From positions 1-64,000 of the forward strand of contig RDNZ01000007.1 of assembly GCA_011364905.1 (NCBI GenBank): a DNA stretch of 64,000 bases, read 5' to 3'. This DNA is from Candidatus Thorarchaeota archaeon (lineage in GTDB: Archaea > Asgardarchaeota > Thorarchaeia > Thorarchaeales > Thorarchaeaceae). Positions 8,677 through 18,945 of the stretch are shown in pieces (position 1 is the stretch's first letter; each line of letters opens with the position of its first letter). The notes below the pieces were generated by a model. That model made no database searches. It was not told the origin of the DNA and worked only from the letters and a program-made list of their open reading frames with translations. The position numbers and the translations under genes were made by a program.

Positions 8677-10596
8677 TTGTTCGGACATCAAGGCAAAATT
8701 CTACACGTAGATATTGGAACTGGCAAGAGTTGGACAGAGGATCTTCCCGAGGAATGGCGCAGACTCTATGTAGGCTCCAGAGGCATCAATGCAAAGATAC
8801 TATGGGACTACTGCAAAGACCCGTCCATCACATGGGATGACCCAAGAAACATCATCATCTTTGCTCCGGGCACTGTGACAGGAACCACTGCACCAGCATC
8901 GGGGCGAACATCGGTTACCACGGTTGGATGTACGACAGGTCTGTATCTCAAGAGCAATACGGGCGGCCACTGGGGAGCAGAGCTCAAGAGAGCAGGGTAT
9001 GATCATCTTGTTGTACATGGTGTAGCTGAAAAGCCGGTCTATATTCTGATTCAGGATGACCATGTTGAAGTACGAGATGCAAAAGACCTCTGGGGAAAAG
9101 ACATCCTGGAAACTGATGCGCTACTCAAGAAATGGCATGGCGAAGACTCTCGGGGTTTGTATATTGGACCTGCCGGTGAGAAGCTAGTTCGAGCTGCTTC
9201 TATTCAATGTTCACTGTATCACGCTGCTGGAAGAGGCGGAGGAGCAGCTGTGATGGGCAAAAAGAAGCTCAAAGCGATATCGGTGAAAGGATCAAAACCC
9301 GTCCGTGTAAAGGACCCGAAGAAATTCGCTGAGATTGCTCAAGAAATGCGAGAGCTCCTCAAAGCAGACAGCGGTGCGCAATCGTTGCATGAGTTTGGTA
9401 CTTCTGGATCAATCGGTGCAGTGAACGAGCTACATGCATTTCCAGGGAAAAATTGGCAGACGGGTTATACAGAGAATGCACATCCCATATCTGGCCAAGC
9501 CCTAAATGAAAAAGGATACCTGAAAAGACGTGTTGCATGCTTTGGATGTACAATCGGTTGTCACCGATATTCAGTAATAGAAAAAGGACCGCATGCGGGA
9601 ATTGCGAGTGGAGGACCAGAGTATGAGACCTTTGGAGCCCTTGGGAACGGACCGGGTATTATTGATACTGAAGGAGTCTTAGTTCTCAACGAGGTCTGCA
9701 ACAGACTGGGGCTTGACACAATAACCGCAGGTACAGTCACACAATGGGCCATTGAGAGCTATCTTAGGGGTGTTCTCACCAAAGAAGACACAGATGGTCT
9801 GGAACTTGACTGGGGAAAACTGGATGAAGTAAAGAAGACAGTTGAGAAAATCGCTCTCAGGGAAGGAAAACTTGGGAACCTTCTTGCCGACGGGCTAAAG
9901 ATAGCCACGAAAAAGGTTGGAAAAGATTCCTACAAATGGGCAATCATAAATGCCAAAGGGCTTGAGCAATCAAATGTCGAAACTCGATCTGCTAAAGCCT
10001 ATGCGTTGGCATTTGCTGTAAATCCTCGTGGGAATGACCACCTTATGACCGAAACCTTTGCAGAGTTTGGTGCAAGTCCAGAATCAATAGAGGTCATTGA
10101 AAAAGTGACAGGAGATAAGAAATGGGCGTCACCGCACTTTACGGAATATCGAGCTGAGATTGTGCGATGGCATGAGGATTGTTATGAGATCACGGAAGCC
10201 CTTGGATTCTGCGTATTTACATCGACAGCAGCATATGGTGTCAACCCAGACAATATGGCGAGGCTCTTTGCAGCTGCAACAGGTATTGAATTGTCTGAGG
10301 AAGAAATGATGCTCACAGGGAGACGAGTATGCACTCTTGAGAAAGCATTCAACGTCACGCGTGGAGCAACTCGTGAGTATGACAATCTCCCATGGCGTTT
10401 GATGAACGAGGGAGCAGCTTCAGGACCCCTAAAAGGAGAGAAAAACTCCAAGGAAGAACTTGATGGGATGCTTGACCGCTACTATGAACTACACGGATGG
10501 GACAAGGAAACAAGCTGGCCAACTCGAGAAACTCTAGAGATGCTCAAGCTGAAGGACGTGGCTGACTATCTGGAGGAACTCGGAAAGCTTCCCTAG
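8677..10596 (+). CDS. aor: tungsten aldehyde:ferredoxin oxidoreductase family protein
   Basis: SNTGGHWGAELKRAG, AAGRGG, CFGCTIGC, GPEYET, GLDTIT, YYELHGWD; TTG start after GGAGG. Confidence 0.9.
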   Translation: MFGHQGKILHVDIGTGKSWTEDLPEEWRRLYVGSRGINAKILWDYCKDPSITWDDPRNIIIFAPGTVTGTTAPASGRTSVTTVGCTTGLYLKSNTGGHWGAELKRAGYDHLVVHGVAEKPVYILIQDDHVEVRDAKDLWGKDILETDALLKKWHGEDSRGLYIGPAGEKLVRAASIQCSLYHAAGRGGGAAVMGKKKLKAISVKGSKPVRVKDPKKFAEIAQEMRELLKADSGAQSLHEFGTSGSIGAVNELHAFPGKNWQTGYTENAHPISGQALNEKGYLKRRVACFGCTIGCHRYSVIEKGPHAGIASGGPEYETFGALGNGPGIIDTEGVLVLNEVCNRLGLDTITAGTVTQWAIESYLRGVLTKEDTDGLELDWGKLDEVKKTVEKIALREGKLGNLLADGLKIATKKVGKDSYKWAIINAKGLEQSNVETRSAKAYALAFAVNPRGNDHLMTETFAEFGASPESIEVIEKVTGDKKWASPHFTEYRAEIVRWHEDCYEITEALGFCVFTSTAAYGVNPDNMARLFAAATGIELSEEEMMLTGRRVCTLEKAFNVTRGATREYDNLPWRLMNEGAASGPLKGEKNSKEELDGMLDRYYELHGWDKETSWPTRETLEMLKLKDVADYLEELGKLP

Positions 10597-10598
10597 AT

Positions 10599-10615
10599 GA
10601 GGGGTTGAGCCCCTC
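10599..10615 (+). terminator. hairpin after aor
   Basis: GAGGGGT-TGA-GCCCCTC followed by a pyrimidine-rich tract. Confidence 0.4.
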
Positions 10616-10641
10616 TCCTACTTTGTTTGGATGTGATGATA

Positions 10642-11655
10642 ATGAAAGGTTTCAGAGAGTTAGGTGTAGCAATGACTGGTGTTTTTCCAGTCAGAGATGC
10701 TATTGAATTGGCAAAGGTCGCAGAGACATTAGGATTGGGTTCGGCCTGGTTTGCAGAAGACTATTTCTTTCGAGGTGGAATTCCGTATATGGCGGCTGCC
10801 GCCATGGCAACAGAAAAAATCAGACTAGGCTTGGGAGTTGTAAACCCATACTCTCGTCATCCAGCATTAATAGCCATGGAGTTTGCGACACTCGATGAGA
10901 TGTCAAATATGAGAACCGTGTTTGGTTTGGGTTCCGGAGTCCCATTTTGGATGGAGCAGATGGGCATCTATGATAAGAAGCCGCTTTCGCGGACAAGGGC
11001 ATGCGTTGAACTCGTACGTAAAATCATAACTGGGGAGAACATCAATCACGAGGACAAATTCTTTAGAGCAAAGGATATCAAATTGGTCTTCAAACCCGTT
11101 CGAAAAGCACCACCGATATACCTGGCGTTCGAAGGCCCAAAGGGATTAGCTCTGTCGGGCGAGATTGGAGACGGCGTGATTCTATCCATTTTCTGCACGC
11201 CGTCATATGTTGAATCTGCTTGGAAAGAAATAGCAAAAGGTGCAAAGAAAGCCGGAAGGTCACTGGATGCCTATGAAATGGTTGCCTACATGCCAATGGT
11301 CATTGATGACGATCTTGACAAAGCAATCAACATAGCTCGCAATTTCTCCAAGCTTTATCTTCCACACTCGCAAGAAGGAGGCCCACTCATGTCGCATGCA
11401 GGTGTCAAACCTGAGGAAACTCTGGCGATGAGGGGAGCAGCGGAAAGAGGTGATGATGCATTGTTAGCAGAACTCATCACTGATAGAATGGTGAAAGAAC
11501 TATGCCTAGTTGGTGACAAGGAGTATTGTATCAAACGACTGCAACAAATGATTGATGCGGGGGCAAATACAATCGTTGCTTTTCCTGTCCCAGGGACCGA
11601 ACCGATAGGAACTGCAAAGATTCTCGGCACCGAGATCTCACCCCAACTAAAGTAG
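10642..11655 (+). CDS. LLM-class (Mer-like, likely F420-dependent) oxidoreductase
   Basis: AWFAED, GVVNPYSRHPA, GLGSG, PPIYLA..GP, DGVI. Confidence 0.85.
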   Translation: MKGFRELGVAMTGVFPVRDAIELAKVAETLGLGSAWFAEDYFFRGGIPYMAAAAMATEKIRLGLGVVNPYSRHPALIAMEFATLDEMSNMRTVFGLGSGVPFWMEQMGIYDKKPLSRTRACVELVRKIITGENINHEDKFFRAKDIKLVFKPVRKAPPIYLAFEGPKGLALSGEIGDGVILSIFCTPSYVESAWKEIAKGAKKAGRSLDAYEMVAYMPMVIDDDLDKAINIARNFSKLYLPHSQEGGPLMSHAGVKPEETLAMRGAAERGDDALLAELITDRMVKELCLVGDKEYCIKRLQQMIDAGANTIVAFPVPGTEPIGTAKILGTEISPQLK

Positions 11656-11668
11656 AAGGATATTACGC

Positions 11669-12910
11669 ATGTCTGAGATAGTGGAAGAGTTCTGTTTCGA
11701 TAAACCAGGAAATCCAGACCTAACGCTGGATGCCAAAAAAAGAAACAGAATAGTGGGTTACATAGTAACATTCCTCACCGTTTTCACACTTGGTACCACT
11801 GAGATCTTTGCATCCTGGTATTCAACAAGGATGGGCGGAACTCCACTTGAATCTGGCTTGGCTTTCGGAATTTTTGGACTTGTGTACATGTTCTCTCCAG
11901 CAATAGGTGGTCGGCTCTCTGATGATATTGGAAGAAAGAAAACCCTTCTCTTGTCAACTGGCGGATACATCATTGTGATTTTCCTCTATCTCCTCCCATT
12001 TGTAGGTCCCTGGCAACTTATCATCATTAGAGCCATCGAAGGTTTTGTTTTCGGATTTGTGTCACCTACAGTCGAGGGGATGGTGAGCGAGCTTGACCCT
12101 GAATCGCAAGCTGTCACGCTGGGCAACTTCTCAATGTCATGGAGTGCTTCAATGATTATTCCGCCGATGCTGATCGCGTATCTCTCTGGCATCTATGGAG
12201 ATACGTCAGGCATCTTTGTCGTATTCGGAATAGAGATTCTCGCTTTGATAATCATCGCAGTTTTTCTACAAGGATATAGAAGAAAACCCATAGTCGCATC
12301 TTCAAATGGTGAGATTCTAAATGCTCAAGACACAGGCCAACCTGAAAAGGTGAGCAAGAGTTCACCGTTGTTCATAGCATCGTATCTGTCAGTAATGCTT
12401 TGGGGAGTGGTATCGACTGTAATCCTTGGGCTGTTTCCGTCCTATATAGAAAAACTAGTTGATCTTGGATATCCATTCGTTGTTGAGGACTTTGGGAATC
12501 TTCTCCTAATATGGAACGTTTCAAGGACAATAGCTTTCCTGGGGATAGCAAGAGTATCTGGTGAATACATGAAAAAGGCAATAGTAATTGGTGCATTGCT
12601 GGCTGCCATTTCTGGATTCCTGCTTTTCGCTTTCATAAACATCTGGATCTTTGCTATATCGATGATTGTTTCTGGAATTGCTGTTGGCTTCAATTACTTG
12701 GGTGCGCTTTATCTGGTCGTTTCAGCGACGGATATCGACAAGGGTGTCCATGCTGGTTTAGTGGAAAGCATGGGTGGTGTAGGATTGTTTATTGGGCCAA
12801 TTATTGGCGGATGGTTCATGGGACTTGGACTAGCATTACCGTATCTGATGTATGCCGTACTTGCTATAGTGGTCTTTGTTTTGATAGTATTACTTCTTAG
12901 GAGAAATTAG
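11669..12910 (+). CDS. MFS transporter
   Basis: GRLSDDIGRK motif A; about 12 TMs. Confidence 0.9.
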   Translation: MSEIVEEFCFDKPGNPDLTLDAKKRNRIVGYIVTFLTVFTLGTTEIFASWYSTRMGGTPLESGLAFGIFGLVYMFSPAIGGRLSDDIGRKKTLLLSTGGYIIVIFLYLLPFVGPWQLIIIRAIEGFVFGFVSPTVEGMVSELDPESQAVTLGNFSMSWSASMIIPPMLIAYLSGIYGDTSGIFVVFGIEILALIIIAVFLQGYRRKPIVASSNGEILNAQDTGQPEKVSKSSPLFIASYLSVMLWGVVSTVILGLFPSYIEKLVDLGYPFVVEDFGNLLLIWNVSRTIAFLGIARVSGEYMKKAIVIGALLAAISGFLLFAFINIWIFAISMIVSGIAVGFNYLGALYLVVSATDIDKGVHAGLVESMGGVGLFIGPIIGGWFMGLGLALPYLMYAVLAIVVFVLIVLLLRRN

Positions 12911-12925
12911 GATCGAGCCTAGTCA

Positions 12926-13690
12926 TTATTCCTGCTTCAAAACATCATCGAAGGACCCTTTCAGGCTTGGATCCTCGGTGATCTTTTTCCTGGGGGGACT
13001 AGGATATGCTATTTTGCTGTGAGATAGGCCTGCTTCAACCAGCATGAATGCGGTTTTGATAGCTACGACCCACGGGTCTATGACTGGCACTTTTAGCTCA
13101 TCCATGATTGGCACCAAGTCAACCTCATGTGAAAGTGCAGTGCACCCGAGGACTATTACATTTGCCCCACCATTCTGAATGAGATCTTTGCTTTCTTTGA
13201 TGATTGCCCTTTGCGCTTCTGCTGGCTTCTTCGAGATATCCAAAACAGGCATGTCCAGATAACGGATACCAGCACAGAAGGCTTCGAGACCCTCCTTTCT
13301 AACTCCATGTTCTATGCATCGCATCAATGATTCTCCTTGCACAGTGACAACACCAAAACGAGTCCCAAGAGTAAGAGCTAAATGAAGAGCAGTGTTCCGT
13401 GGACCGATAACCGGTACCTTCGACACTTCTCTTGCTGCTTCAAGAATTGGATCGCATGCACAATCTATCACTATTACATCGTATCCCTCACGGTTGGCTA
13501 TTACTACTTGCTCAAGAATGAAGGGAGCATTATACGCTTCATCAACAAATGATTCGACACTGTGAGTGCCATATCTGGGAGTGAAGTTATCAATCACACA
13601 CTTTGGAGGAGTATGTGACTCAACAAATGCCTTCTTTTTGGGATCAGTCCACCAATCGATACCAGTTGCACCAATGAGGGCTAGTCGCAT
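12926..13690 (-). CDS. Asp/Glu/hydantoin racemase family protein
   Basis: IDCACDP and LGCT two-Cys motifs; PVIDP. Confidence 0.88.
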   Translation of the reverse strand: MRLALIGATGIDWWTDPKKKAFVESHTPPKCVIDNFTPRYGTHSVESFVDEAYNAPFILEQVVIANREGYDVIVIDCACDPILEAAREVSKVPVIGPRNTALHLALTLGTRFGVVTVQGESLMRCIEHGVRKEGLEAFCAGIRYLDMPVLDISKKPAEAQRAIIKESKDLIQNGGANVIVLGCTALSHEVDLVPIMDELKVPVIDPWVVAIKTAFMLVEAGLSHSKIAYPSPPRKKITEDPSLKGSFDDVLKQE

Positions 13691-13738
13691 ATTATGACAC
13701 CTCTGCCTGTTAGGAACTGAATTAGATGACTCTAGAAC

Positions 13739-14857
13739 CTAGTGTAACTGCCCTATTATCTCTTCCATTGGTTTGTACTCCAGTTCAGGATGTCCATATC
13801 TTTCAGGAGAGAAAGCTTTCTTCCCGATTTCAGTACTCCCGGCAAACCGCAACCGTTCATGAGCTGGAACTGCAGTCACTACAACTTCCATATCTTGTTT
13901 GAGGTCTGCGCTCATCAAACCATGACCATTTTCAGGATTATGTAGGCAGACAAGGTCTGGAAACATCACCACAGGCTTACCATCGCACATGGCCATCATG
14001 TACTCGTTCTTCGCAACAACTTCAAAACGACCCTTCAGATTCTCAGGTTTGATACGAACCAAGACATGCCAATGGCCTGCACGATCCTCACCTTTGACCT
14101 CTTCTATCCTGCCTTTTGCTAGGATTTGTCCACCCATAGTATCAAGGAAAGCATCAATGGGATTCTTTCCGTTCGCATTTGCATCACGAATTGCAGCTCC
14201 AAGTTCAATCGACTTTGAGATACTGTTGGGAATCACTGCCTTCTTCAATTGAGCACCTGTCTGGTAATAGTGGTTGTTTGCGCCTGCACCGCCATCTTGT
14301 ACTACTGCGAACCTACCAATTTCATCAGCAAGTGCAGGGGAAGTAGTCTTGTCAACAATAATGACACTCCCATTCTTGGAAACCACAGGCATGGGGCATA
14401 ATTCAATCCCATAGCCGACGAACGTTATCATTTGAGTTTCAGGAGCTGAACGTCCTAGACCATCGCCATCGACGCAAGTAATCCCAGCTCGTGCTGCTAA
14501 GGAGAGCATCACAGTTGTATTTGTGCCACCTAACTCAAATGGAACTAGATGATCAACTTTTTTCCCCGTGATTCTCTCAGAGATCTTCATTGCTTCATGA
14601 AGCTCATACCGAGTTTCCCAAGCTTCTAGCATATCGCCAATTGACGTGAAAGCCATGACTGATCCCATATATCCTCCACACACAACAAAGGCATCATCTT
14701 TAATGTCATCAGGAGGGGTTATTTCGTAAATCCGACCTCTAGCATAATCCCAGTCTACAATAGGTCTTCCAAAAGAAACTGGGTCACCACCACCACCGGT
14801 TCCAAGAATTCCTACACCCGTAAGCATATCGTAAGCGTTCTCTTTTGAAAGATTCAT
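13739..14857 (-). CDS. DUF917 family protein
   Basis: ILGTGGGG, ELGGTN, DGDGLGRSAPE, FPDL; start at ATG 14857. Confidence 0.88.
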   Translation of the reverse strand: MNLSKENAYDMLTGVGILGTGGGGDPVSFGRPIVDWDYARGRIYEITPPDDIKDDAFVVCGGYMGSVMAFTSIGDMLEAWETRYELHEAMKISERITGKKVDHLVPFELGGTNTTVMLSLAARAGITCVDGDGLGRSAPETQMITFVGYGIELCPMPVVSKNGSVIIVDKTTSPALADEIGRFAVVQDGGAGANNHYYQTGAQLKKAVIPNSISKSIELGAAIRDANANGKNPIDAFLDTMGGQILAKGRIEEVKGEDRAGHWHVLVRIKPENLKGRFEVVAKNEYMMAMCDGKPVVMFPDLVCLHNPENGHGLMSADLKQDMEVVVTAVPAHERLRFAGSTEIGKKAFSPERYGHPELEYKPMEEIIGQLH

Positions 14858-14886
14858 CTCCCAAACACTCCGCAAACATATCCCAA

Positions 14887-15687
14887 TTATCGTGCGTCTC
14901 TTGTTCCTTCCATCGAATGAACGATTTTGTACCAGCGTTGCTTGGTGCCGACCTTGGCTCTTCGTTTCCATCCACGAGATTTTGGAGCATCCTCAATCAT
15001 TTGAAATAGTTTCTTGGCTCTATTGATAACAAGTTCTTTTTGGTCACTATTAAGTATAGACACCGTAGGTACAAAATCAATGAATTTCTTGATGTTTTCG
15101 GTCACGGTGTGGTAGAACCCCCAATCATCAGAGAGTATCTTCGCTATGTGTTTACCATTGACATCAGTGTCACTCCCATCGTCGGTGACATCGTGGGCAA
15201 GAAATGTTATAATTAGGTCCTTCAGGTCTTTTGCATTAATCTCAACAATCTGTGTCTTCTCTAAGAATAATTCCGCCAGTGGAATTGTTGGAGCATCAAC
15301 ATCCAGTCGCTTCTCTTTCTTGAAATCAATATTATGACAGAACTCCAAGTGGTCATAAAACACATCGATCTTTCGGTCATGTTCCTTGTCAATGAAAAGG
15401 TCTCGAAGCGTAGACGCTCGTGCAAAGCTCGGTGGAACCCAATAATATCCAAGGTCATCTCTAAAGAGGTTAATGAGCTTTTGTCGATGTTTATAATATG
15501 AGACATAATCGATGTCAGTGACTTCGCGTCCCATTTTGATATGCAAATCAGTGAATTCAGGGCTCTTGATTCTGAAAGCGAGGCAGCCCATTACTCTGAG
15601 AGGGATTCCTAGCCCAGCTGCAGCTTTCTCAATTCTCAAAGCTTCGTCCATGAAATCATCGAGAATTGGTCCATAGTTTTCTGTCAC
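14887..15687 (-). CDS. putative nucleotidyltransferase (Pol-beta superfamily)
   Basis: MGCLA...REVTDID, later KIDVF and KDLKD. Confidence 0.6.
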   Translation of the reverse strand: MTENYGPILDDFMDEALRIEKAAAGLGIPLRVMGCLAFRIKSPEFTDLHIKMGREVTDIDYVSYYKHRQKLINLFRDDLGYYWVPPSFARASTLRDLFIDKEHDRKIDVFYDHLEFCHNIDFKKEKRLDVDAPTIPLAELFLEKTQIVEINAKDLKDLIITFLAHDVTDDGSDTDVNGKHIAKILSDDWGFYHTVTENIKKFIDFVPTVSILNSDQKELVINRAKKLFQMIEDAPKSRGWKRRAKVGTKQRWYKIVHSMEGTRDAR

Positions 15688-15868
15688 TTACTGTTCCACC
15701 TCATGACCGTATGTATATGGCAATGTTACTTGGCATTAATACCTTGCGCCATATCTATATCCTTTATCATTTTTTCAAAGCTATATTAAAGTGCTGAGAT
15801 ATCGCTATACCATTAAGGATTTAAACCGCCTTAAGTTGGTCACCACAATAACAACCTGAGGTAAAGAC

Positions 15869-16813
15869 ATGAGAATATTCTTAGCAGCCGATCCTCACGG
15901 AAGTCAGCAGACATGGGAGAAGATGTGCAGAGCACCTAAAGTCTTCAAAGCAGATGTCGCCATGATGTGTGGAGATCTCACTGGAAAGGCGATCATGCCG
16001 ATAATCAAGGAAAAGGAAGACAGATGGTATGCACAACCATTTGGAAGCAGAAAGACATTCAAGAAACAAAAGGATCTCGATCGATTTATCGAATTCACAT
16101 CAACTGAGGGGTACTATCCTGTAGTACTATCGCCAGACGAACTAGCCGAGCTTCAAGCAGATAAAGCAAAGGTCCAAGCTCTATTCGATAAACTGATGGT
16201 AGAGCGTATTACGCATTGGCTCGATCAAGCTGCCGAGATGATACCAGAGAATGTGGTTCTTGTTGTCAATCCGGGAAATGATGATCCATGGGTAATTGAC
16301 GATATTATCAAGAATCACGACCGAGTAATCTATCCATTGAAGAAGGTTATAGATGTCACCGATAAACACAAACTCATCAGTCTAGAGTATGTTAACGAAA
16401 CACCTTGGAATACACATAGAGAATGTTCTGAAGAGGAACTAACTGGGCTACTTGAAGCGGAGTTTGCGAGAGTCACTGAGGGCGATTATGAGAACCTGCT
16501 CTGCAATTTTCACGCGCCTCCATACGGATCTAATTTAGATGTAGCGCCCAAACTGACTAAGGATCATAGTGTTTCATATTCTGGGGGATTTGCTCTCACA
16601 GAGCCCGTTGGGAGTACCGCTGTGAGAGATGTCATCATGAAGTATCAACCCCTTGTTGCAATGCATGGACATATCCATGAGTCAGTTGGATTTACAAACC
16701 TGGGGAAAACCCTTTGCGTCAATCCAGGCTCAGAATATCGCGAAGGCATATTGAAGGGCTTTATTATAACAATAGATGACGGAAAAGCCACAGCTGGTCG
16801 TGTGGAACTCTGA
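15869..16813 (+). CDS. calcineurin-like metallophosphoesterase
   Basis: DPHG, GDLT, GNDD, HAPP, HGHIHE, NPGS. Confidence 0.9.
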   Translation: MRIFLAADPHGSQQTWEKMCRAPKVFKADVAMMCGDLTGKAIMPIIKEKEDRWYAQPFGSRKTFKKQKDLDRFIEFTSTEGYYPVVLSPDELAELQADKAKVQALFDKLMVERITHWLDQAAEMIPENVVLVVNPGNDDPWVIDDIIKNHDRVIYPLKKVIDVTDKHKLISLEYVNETPWNTHRECSEEELTGLLEAEFARVTEGDYENLLCNFHAPPYGSNLDVAPKLTKDHSVSYSGGFALTEPVGSTAVRDVIMKYQPLVAMHGHIHESVGFTNLGKTLCVNPGSEYREGILKGFIITIDDGKATAGRVEL

Positions 16814-16932
16814 AATCAGTTGGTAGGGACAGATAATATGCATAACTTCTCCCATTTTAGGTTTCATAATACTTAAAGTATGGATTAATCTCATATGAAA
16901 TGCACTTAAACAATATCAAGTAGGTGTTGTGG

Positions 16933-18051
16933 ATGAGACTGGAACTGAAAACTCGAACTGATGTTGAAGATTTGTCGACCGGCTGCACCTTTTTTGGGAC
17001 TGGCGGAGGCGGCAGTAAGGAATTAGGTCTTAGAATGCTATATCCGCATGTTGATGAAGGCAAAGTCATAACCATTATTGATGTATCAGATGTGAATGAC
17101 AAGGATTGGGTTGCATGTCCATACTACTCAGGAACGATTGCACCCCCCACACCCGACATCGAATCCGCAAGATCAAGGTTTCCTTGGGACTATTATGAAA
17201 AAGAGTTAGTGACAGGACTTCAAATGCTGGAGGACCATCTAAACATTAAGTTCTCAGCTGTAGCGCCATTTGAACTCGGAGGAGTTAATACACCAGCCCC
17301 AATTGATGCCGCACTCAAACATGGTATTCCTTGTGTAGATGGCGATTACTCAGGTAGAGCTGTTCCAGAAATATGTCAGAATACTGTTTGTGTTAAAAAC
17401 TTCTCAATGGCACCTCTTGCGTTGGTGGATTGGTTTGGAAATAAAACTCTTGTAAAGGAAATCATCAATTACGAAATGGGTGAGAGGATATCAAAGGCAA
17501 TTAGTGAGGTGGCATGGGGTAGAGTTGGTAATGTCGCTTTTCCGGTAAAAGGTCAAGAATTTCACAAAGTCATAATTCCGGGCACCCTTTCATTGAGCTA
17601 CAATGTGGGAAGAACAATAAGAGAATGCAGAGAGTCCGGTGACGATCCTGCAGAAAAAATTGTCGAAAAATATGGTGGATGGGTCCTCTTTAAAGGGAAG
17701 GTCGTTGAAAAGACATGGGAGAATCGTGAAGGCTACATGTGGGGAGAAACCTCAATCAAAGGTTCAGGAATCAAACCAGGCAGTACCCTCAAAGTATGGT
17801 TCAAGAATGAGAATCATATGACATGGCTAGATAATAAGCCATGGATTATGAGCCCTGATATCATAGAAGTCATAAATCAGAAGACAGGTGAACCAATTAC
17901 AAACACGGATATCAAGAATGGTGATCCTGTTAGTGTCATTGGTATGAAAGCTGCACATGATATCTTCAGAGAGCCTGCTGGACTTGAAGTACTTGGTCCA
18001 AAGCATTTCGGATTCGATGTAAAATACACACCCATCGAAAAAGTGGTATAA
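16933..18051 (+). CDS. DUF917 family protein (second paralog)
   Basis: FGTGGGG, ELGGVN, DGDYSGRAVPE, WFKNEN, SPD. Confidence 0.88.
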   Translation: MRLELKTRTDVEDLSTGCTFFGTGGGGSKELGLRMLYPHVDEGKVITIIDVSDVNDKDWVACPYYSGTIAPPTPDIESARSRFPWDYYEKELVTGLQMLEDHLNIKFSAVAPFELGGVNTPAPIDAALKHGIPCVDGDYSGRAVPEICQNTVCVKNFSMAPLALVDWFGNKTLVKEIINYEMGERISKAISEVAWGRVGNVAFPVKGQEFHKVIIPGTLSLSYNVGRTIRECRESGDDPAEKIVEKYGGWVLFKGKVVEKTWENREGYMWGETSIKGSGIKPGSTLKVWFKNENHMTWLDNKPWIMSPDIIEVINQKTGEPITNTDIKNGDPVSVIGMKAAHDIFREPAGLEVLGPKHFGFDVKYTPIEKVV

Positions 18052-18090
18052 ACATAAGGCTGGTTTCGATGGATTCATTGCAGTCCAAGT

Positions 18091-18795
18091 TCATACTACA
18101 ATATTGACGACATAGTGTTTCCTATACCAATTGGGCGTTGCCTTGACTATGATGCCATCGTAATCATCATTATAGAATTTGATGGGATTCTTGCTTGAGA
18201 GTTGATCCTCCTTTCTGAGTCTGAATTTTGCATGAGCGATTAAACGTTGAGTCCATTTTTTCAACGCATTATTCTCAGCTCGAAGAAGACTTTTGTGTTC
18301 AATCCAATAATCATCAATCATCCGCGCAGTCTTGAGGTTAATATAGTGACCAACAGTCCACTGGATGACAAAAAAGACAACCGCAACGGCAACAAGCGGA
18401 AGAGAAATCGGTGCTAACCATACTAAAGAAAAGACGTATGTGGCAACTATGGTTGGGACCGCTGCAACCATCAAGAAGGTCGCTATATATCTCAATAACT
18501 GTCTCCTTTCATAAAGCTTGATAATTCCTGGAACCTTCGGTCCAACGGCAGCAAATTTGTGCAGTACCGTCCGGATAACTTTCCATTGATCCACAAATGT
18601 GCGAGGTAGCCTACCTTCTCCAATTGCTTTTTCGATGAATGTAAGATCAAAGCACCTATGAATCCTGTATCCATCAAAGACCGTTATCATATCCTTGGTC
18701 CATTCAAGATCCAGACCTGTTGGAGAGAATTCAAATGAATTAAGATCTTGATCTTGTGAGGGTTCTACTCGTTTTCGTTTGCTCATTATTGTCAT
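18091..18795 (-). CDS. hypothetical membrane protein (2 central TMs)
   Basis: long ORF with a hydrophobic hairpin. Confidence 0.7.
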   Translation of the reverse strand: MTIMSKRKRVEPSQDQDLNSFEFSPTGLDLEWTKDMITVFDGYRIHRCFDLTFIEKAIGEGRLPRTFVDQWKVIRTVLHKFAAVGPKVPGIIKLYERRQLLRYIATFLMVAAVPTIVATYVFSLVWLAPISLPLVAVAVVFFVIQWTVGHYINLKTARMIDDYWIEHKSLLRAENNALKKWTQRLIAHAKFRLRKEDQLSSKNPIKFYNDDYDGIIVKATPNWYRKHYVVNIVV

Positions 18796-18945
18796 TCCGT
18801 TATGGAATTTTAAATTCGGGCAGGTTTATTCAAGTCATAAGCCTTGCGTTTTAAGAATGCACACGAGTATTAAAGTCCAAGCGTCAAAAGATGGGAAAGA
18901 GTAAATAGGGGAGTACAATCCGAAAGGATGAATTGAACCTGTGGA

